Source of the DNA: a candidate division WOR-3 bacterium
GTDB taxonomy: Bacteria > Hydrothermota > Tepidihabitantia > Tepidihabitantales > Tepidihabitantaceae
NCBI GenBank assembly: GCA_037441285.1
Contig: JBBISL010000003.1
Coordinates: 1-64,000 of the forward strand
Direction of reading: 5' to 3'
Length of the DNA stretch: 64,000 nucleotides
Part shown: in pieces, positions 58,982 through 64,000 of the stretch
How the letters are laid out: every line of letters starts with the position of its first letter
Position numbering within the stretch: the first letter of the stretch is position 1
Notes under the pieces: model-generated
Told to the model about the DNA's origin: nothing
The model's input: the letters and a program-made list of their open reading frames with translations, nothing else
The model's database searches: none
Translations under genes and position numbers: made by a program

Positions 58982-59108
58982 ACTCAAGATGAGGAGGCTT
59001 TTTATAAATAACAGAGACAGAACATTCCGATTATAATTCTCAAACATACACTGCATTTGGGAAAGGGGTAAATTTCCCCATAGAACGGCGAACTTTTCTC
59101 CGATTTTA

Positions 59109-59136
59109 TTGACACGCGTGATGGGAAGGTTATAAT
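59109..59136 (+). promoter_or_regulatory. Promoter of gdhA
   Basis: Perfect TTGACA-16nt-TATAAT. Confidence 0.8.
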
Positions 59137-59168
59137 ACAACTCCGGTTGTTTACCCCGGAGAGCGTAA

Positions 59169-60560
<1,392 letters not shown>

Positions 60561-60574
60561 AAATAGCCTTACTC

Positions 60575-60610
60575 AAGGGTGCCTCGGTTATTACAGGGGC
60601 ACCCTTTTTA
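60575..60610 (+). terminator. Intrinsic terminator after gdhA
   Basis: AAGGGTGCCTC / GGGGCACCCTT stem followed by T-rich tail. Confidence 0.8.
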
Positions 60611-60706
60611 TTTCTTATTTTAAATCGGGTACCTGGTGCAAACTTGACTGGGCAATATTTCTTGGTAGAACTATTGAAGTGAAAATTAATGGAAAAAGGA
60701 GGCGGA

Positions 60707-61801
60707 ATGCATTGTGAATTGGACCGTAATGTTCTGGCTGAGGTGCTAAACAGTATTGTCCAAATAATTCCGGCCAAAACCACATTCCCGATATATCAGA
60801 ATATTTTGCTGGAGGTGGCTGATGGAGAACTGGCAGTAACCGGTTCGGATGGTGATACGGCTCTTAAAAAGATGGTTCGACTGGAAGGGAAGAGCAGTGA
60901 AGGTGCAACGTTGGTGCGAGGCCGAGAGCTAAACACTTTAATCCAGGAAAGTACCGGTTCAACAGTTGTCCTGGAAGAGGACGGCAAGACTTTGAAGGTT
61001 GCCTGCGGCCGGATGAAGGCGTCGTTTGTTCATTTCCCGCCAGAGGACTTTCCATCTTTTCCCACCCTGCCGGAAGACAACGAATTAGAGTTTCCTGCCA
61101 CGGCGCTGTTTGAAATGTTCAACGGTTGTAATTTTGCCGTTAGCAAGGATGAAAACCGGCCGGCGCTGACGGGGATAAACTGGGAGATTTCTAAGAATGA
61201 GTCACGGATGGTTGCCACCGACAGTTTCCGGCTGGCGCTGATAAGTCGGAAGGTTAAATCGGCAGGTAAGGCAAAACTGCTGGTTAGCCCCAAGGTTTTT
61301 GCGCTATTACCCCAGGGCGTAGAAAAGGTTGTGGTGCGTTTTGACCCTAAGAACATAGGGTTTGTTGCCGAAAATACGATGCTGGTGACAAGAATGATTG
61401 AAGGGCCCTACCCTGATTACGAAAGGATTATCCCCAAGGATAATCCGCATAAGGCGGTTGTAAATCGGGATGGGTTGCTGGCGGTAGTGCGGCGCGGGGT
61501 AGTGATTTCCCAGGGAATCGGCAGGCCGATAGGCTTAGAGTTCCAGAACAATTCAATCACGATGCGAGCCGAAAATCCGGAACTGGGAAAGATTGAGGAA
61601 CCACTGGATTGTCAATACGAAGGTGAAGAGATGCGAATCGGGTTTAATGGCAACTATTTCCTGGATATAATTAAACAAATTGCAACCGAAGAAGTCCGAA
61701 TTGAATTTTCCAGTCCTATGGCACCGGTTTTCCTGAAACCAGCCGAGCAAAAACCGGATGGCGAAGACCTGTTCATTTTAATGCCAATTCGGCTCGAATA
61801 G
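60707..61801 (+). CDS. dnaN: DNA polymerase III beta sliding clamp
   Basis: DFPSFP, RPALTGI, VATDSFRL, RMIEGPYPDYERIIP, IGFN..Y, ILMPIR; ATG 60707 follows AGGAGG. Confidence 0.95.
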   Translation: MHCELDRNVLAEVLNSIVQIIPAKTTFPIYQNILLEVADGELAVTGSDGDTALKKMVRLEGKSSEGATLVRGRELNTLIQESTGSTVVLEEDGKTLKVACGRMKASFVHFPPEDFPSFPTLPEDNELEFPATALFEMFNGCNFAVSKDENRPALTGINWEISKNESRMVATDSFRLALISRKVKSAGKAKLLVSPKVFALLPQGVEKVVVRFDPKNIGFVAENTMLVTRMIEGPYPDYERIIPKDNPHKAVVNRDGLLAVVRRGVVISQGIGRPIGLEFQNNSITMRAENPELGKIEEPLDCQYEGEEMRIGFNGNYFLDIIKQIATEEVRIEFSSPMAPVFLKPAEQKPDGEDLFILMPIRLE

Positions 61802-61807
61802 GTCTCG

Positions 61808-62650
61808 ATGAAATTGCCAATAATGGGTTTGGGGCGAAGTTCGGTTGCCTTTTTCTCTCTCTTTTTAATACTGCTGGTAATTACTGGCTGCCGTCGTCTT
61901 GACCCGAACTATTCGGAGCCAATGGTGAATGGTTATCTGTACCGGGGGGAGTATTACGACTATTCGGTTGAATATGAGCGCTATGTACAGGTGTTTGACC
62001 CAAGGGGTTTGCGGATGGTGCCGATTGTAACGCTGAATGAGGAGAGGCTGGATGTGTTGTCTTACAGCTGGACAAGGTATGAGTATGGCGATACGATGGA
62101 GTTCAGCGTCAACTACCCTTACGAGCTACGGGTTGTGCATTACTGGGGTAACGCCCAATCCCGGGTAACGATGCCGGGAAACTTTTCGCTTACCAGTCCA
62201 CCGGAAAGGTACATTCTGGATATGGATTCAACTTTGGTTATATCCTGGACCAGGTCGGAAGGAGCGGAGTGGTATTGGGTGGAACTTGATGTTTCCTATG
62301 AGTATCGTGATACACTGGGCATTGAGAACGATTATGACCTGCGGCTCGATACGATGGTTCAGGACACATTTTTGATTGTTTCTCCGGGGAAAATTTTCCC
62401 CGGTTTCGTGGCGGATGTGATTGAAGGTGATGGGAGTGCAATGGTCTGGTCGGGTTGTGGTCCGGCGATAGAACCGGGAGACCAGGGAAATGTTCGGGGT
62501 GCCGGATTTGGGTTTTTTAATGCGATAAATGAACCAAGAGAAAAGTATTTCTATGTTGGGGCACCAATTCAGGTTCGACGCTGTCCGGATCGGCGCACAG
62601 TAACAAATCAGTTTCTTGAAAAACTGCGCAACCGGATTATGCCGTATTGA
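61808..62650 (+). CDS. Hypothetical lipoprotein
   Basis: Lipobox ITGC; beta-rich, Tyr-rich sequence. Confidence 0.7.
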   Translation: MKLPIMGLGRSSVAFFSLFLILLVITGCRRLDPNYSEPMVNGYLYRGEYYDYSVEYERYVQVFDPRGLRMVPIVTLNEERLDVLSYSWTRYEYGDTMEFSVNYPYELRVVHYWGNAQSRVTMPGNFSLTSPPERYILDMDSTLVISWTRSEGAEWYWVELDVSYEYRDTLGIENDYDLRLDTMVQDTFLIVSPGKIFPGFVADVIEGDGSAMVWSGCGPAIEPGDQGNVRGAGFGFFNAINEPREKYFYVGAPIQVRRCPDRRTVTNQFLEKLRNRIMPY

Positions 62651-62675
62651 CATTTAAACCCCTTAAGGATATAAT
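62647..62675 (+). promoter_or_regulatory. Consensus promoter of ssrA
   Basis: TTGACA-17nt-TATAAT. Confidence 0.85.
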
Positions 62676-62758
62676 AATTCAGGTAGAAGAGAGATTATGG
62701 GAACGCGCTGGTCAGGTGTGCCCCTTTTGTCAGCGGAGCCAAAAGTACACGGGAAAAC

Positions 62759-63109
62759 GGGGGCGAATGGTCTCGACGGAGTGACTGAGGGGTTCAGGGG
62801 CATAGCGAGGTTCCTCTGTTGCCTCGTTAATACTAACAGAGGAACGACAGCTGCCAACAGCAGCTACGCACTGGCTGCCTAAAGCGGGTAGCCCCTTGCC
62901 CGACGAGTTTCACCCGGCGTCGGTGCAGGGTCGATAAGGGTGATTAAGGTCTTCGCGGTGCCTCAGCGTGATGACCGGATTACAACTGAGGCTGGTTGAC
63001 CGTTGCCTGTCAATCGGCGAGACGGTCGATGAGAAAAAGTAGATTGACTAACTATGTAGAACCTGAACTCTGAACGCTTCGGACGCGGGTTCGATTCCCG
63101 CCGCCTCCA
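62759..63109 (+). ncRNA. ssrA: tmRNA, tag (A)ANSSYALAA
   Basis: Acceptor stem GGGGGCG/CGCCTCC-A with G3:U pair; T-arm GCGGGTTCGATTCCCGC; tag ORF 62853-62882; CCA not encoded. Confidence 0.97.
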
Positions 63110-63136
63110 TTATAAACTGATTCGAACGAGCAAATA

Positions 63137-64000
63137 ATGGCAGAATCACATCAAACTAAAGGTCGAGGATATAGCCGCAAGCTTGCCGAGGAATTCTGTG
63201 CCCTTTCGCGCCGGATTCTTCGCGAGGCAAATATGGGTGTTCCCCGAAGTGAGTTCACCCGATTAGTGTTGAAGGAGTTTATGGATTTTTCGGGATGTGA
63301 CCAGGTAGAGTTACGGGTTAATGAGGGGATAAGATATTACCGGGGACTGCTCAGCAAATGAACGGAGACCGATTTTAATTTTACTATTCAGACCCGAGAC
63401 AAACCTGAGTCGAGTGAATTGTTCCGGGGTGTTGAGGAAGAGGCAGGTGATTTGCTTGAGTTCTACCGGGAACTTGTAAGAGGACAGTTTGATACCTCAC
63501 AACCCTGCTTTACAAGCAACGGTGCCTTCTGGGTTAATGATACGGCAGTGCCGGTGACAATAAAAAAGATAGGTTTTTGTTATTGGTGGTGAGTTTCGTT
63601 CACTGGCGATTCTGTCATTTTCAGTAGCAGAAAACAGTCATGGGTTAGTTTTTCTGAAAAGTCGACAACCGAATTTTTTCCTAAATTACGAGGTTGAATT
63701 TTATCAGGGGGTAGCGCAAACCTTAGGGGTGGCGATTGCGGACCGGCAGGCACAAGCGGCCTTAAGAGAACGGGTAAAGGAGCTAACCTGTCTCTATTCT
63801 GTGGACAAAATTCTGGGCCGAGAAAAGATTGAGCCGGCAGTAGCGTTGAAGTCCGTTGCCGAGATACTACCGGCAGCCTGGCTTTATTCGGATATCGCTT
63901 CGGCGCGGATTGTTTTCGATGGCATTGAGTATGTTAACAAAGATTATCGTAGTGGTGTTGCGTGGCAGAGCGCCGATATTCTGGTGCGAGGTCAAAAACG
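63137..64000 (+). pseudogene. Disrupted GAF-domain sensor (probable histidine kinase) gene, runs off window
   Basis: In-frame TGA 63359-63361, frame continues (FDTSQPCFTSNGAFW), frameshift near 63560-63590, then GAF helix and ALRERVKELTCLY...LPAAW.Y. Confidence 0.72.

Noticed and set aside
62697..62882. 61-aa ORF ending ANSSYALAA
   Set aside because: It overlaps tmRNA; only the tag portion is meaningful
63359..63361. Selenocysteine or readthrough TGA
   Set aside because: Non-redox context, no clear SECIS-like hairpin, and a second lesion (frameshift) downstream

Overview
This is a gene-dense, mostly housekeeping window from an anaerobic diderm bacterium. Gene content suggests candidate phylum WOR-3 or a similar FCB-adjacent lineage, which is an inference only. 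In order it contains: the end of a dcw cluster (murD-ftsW-murG-murC-murB-ftsA-ftsZ, without ddl or ftsQ); purF; a PflX-like radical SAM gene; recR-dnaX preceded by a large Alu-type SRP RNA; ttcA, pmm/pgm, an orphan EF-G, a radical SAM fusion and rng; an nrdR-nrdD (class III RNR) operon with two NrdR boxes and three phased DnaA boxes; thiL; an 18-gene, 14.6-kb Mrp-linked group 4 [NiFe]-hydrogenase operon with an AsrAB/HydBG-type NAD(P)H module and an apparently catalytically dead FDH-like subunit; a compositionally chimeric secreted CARDB/T9SS-type protein; mazG and a four-gene uncharacterised membrane cluster (DUF6754-like) made of two apparent paralog pairs; wzi, tsaC, long greA, an internally deleted mscS, tandem-domain thyX, gdhA, orphan dnaN, tmRNA and a broken GAF sensor gene. 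The most interesting items are the complex-I-like NAD(P)H-coupled hydrogenase, the pseudo-symmetric four-subunit membrane system, and a promoter grammar with mostly 16-bp spacers and frequent leaderless mRNAs. I found no CRISPR array, rRNA, tRNA, transposase or integrase. All family assignments come from motif recognition by eye; no searches were run.
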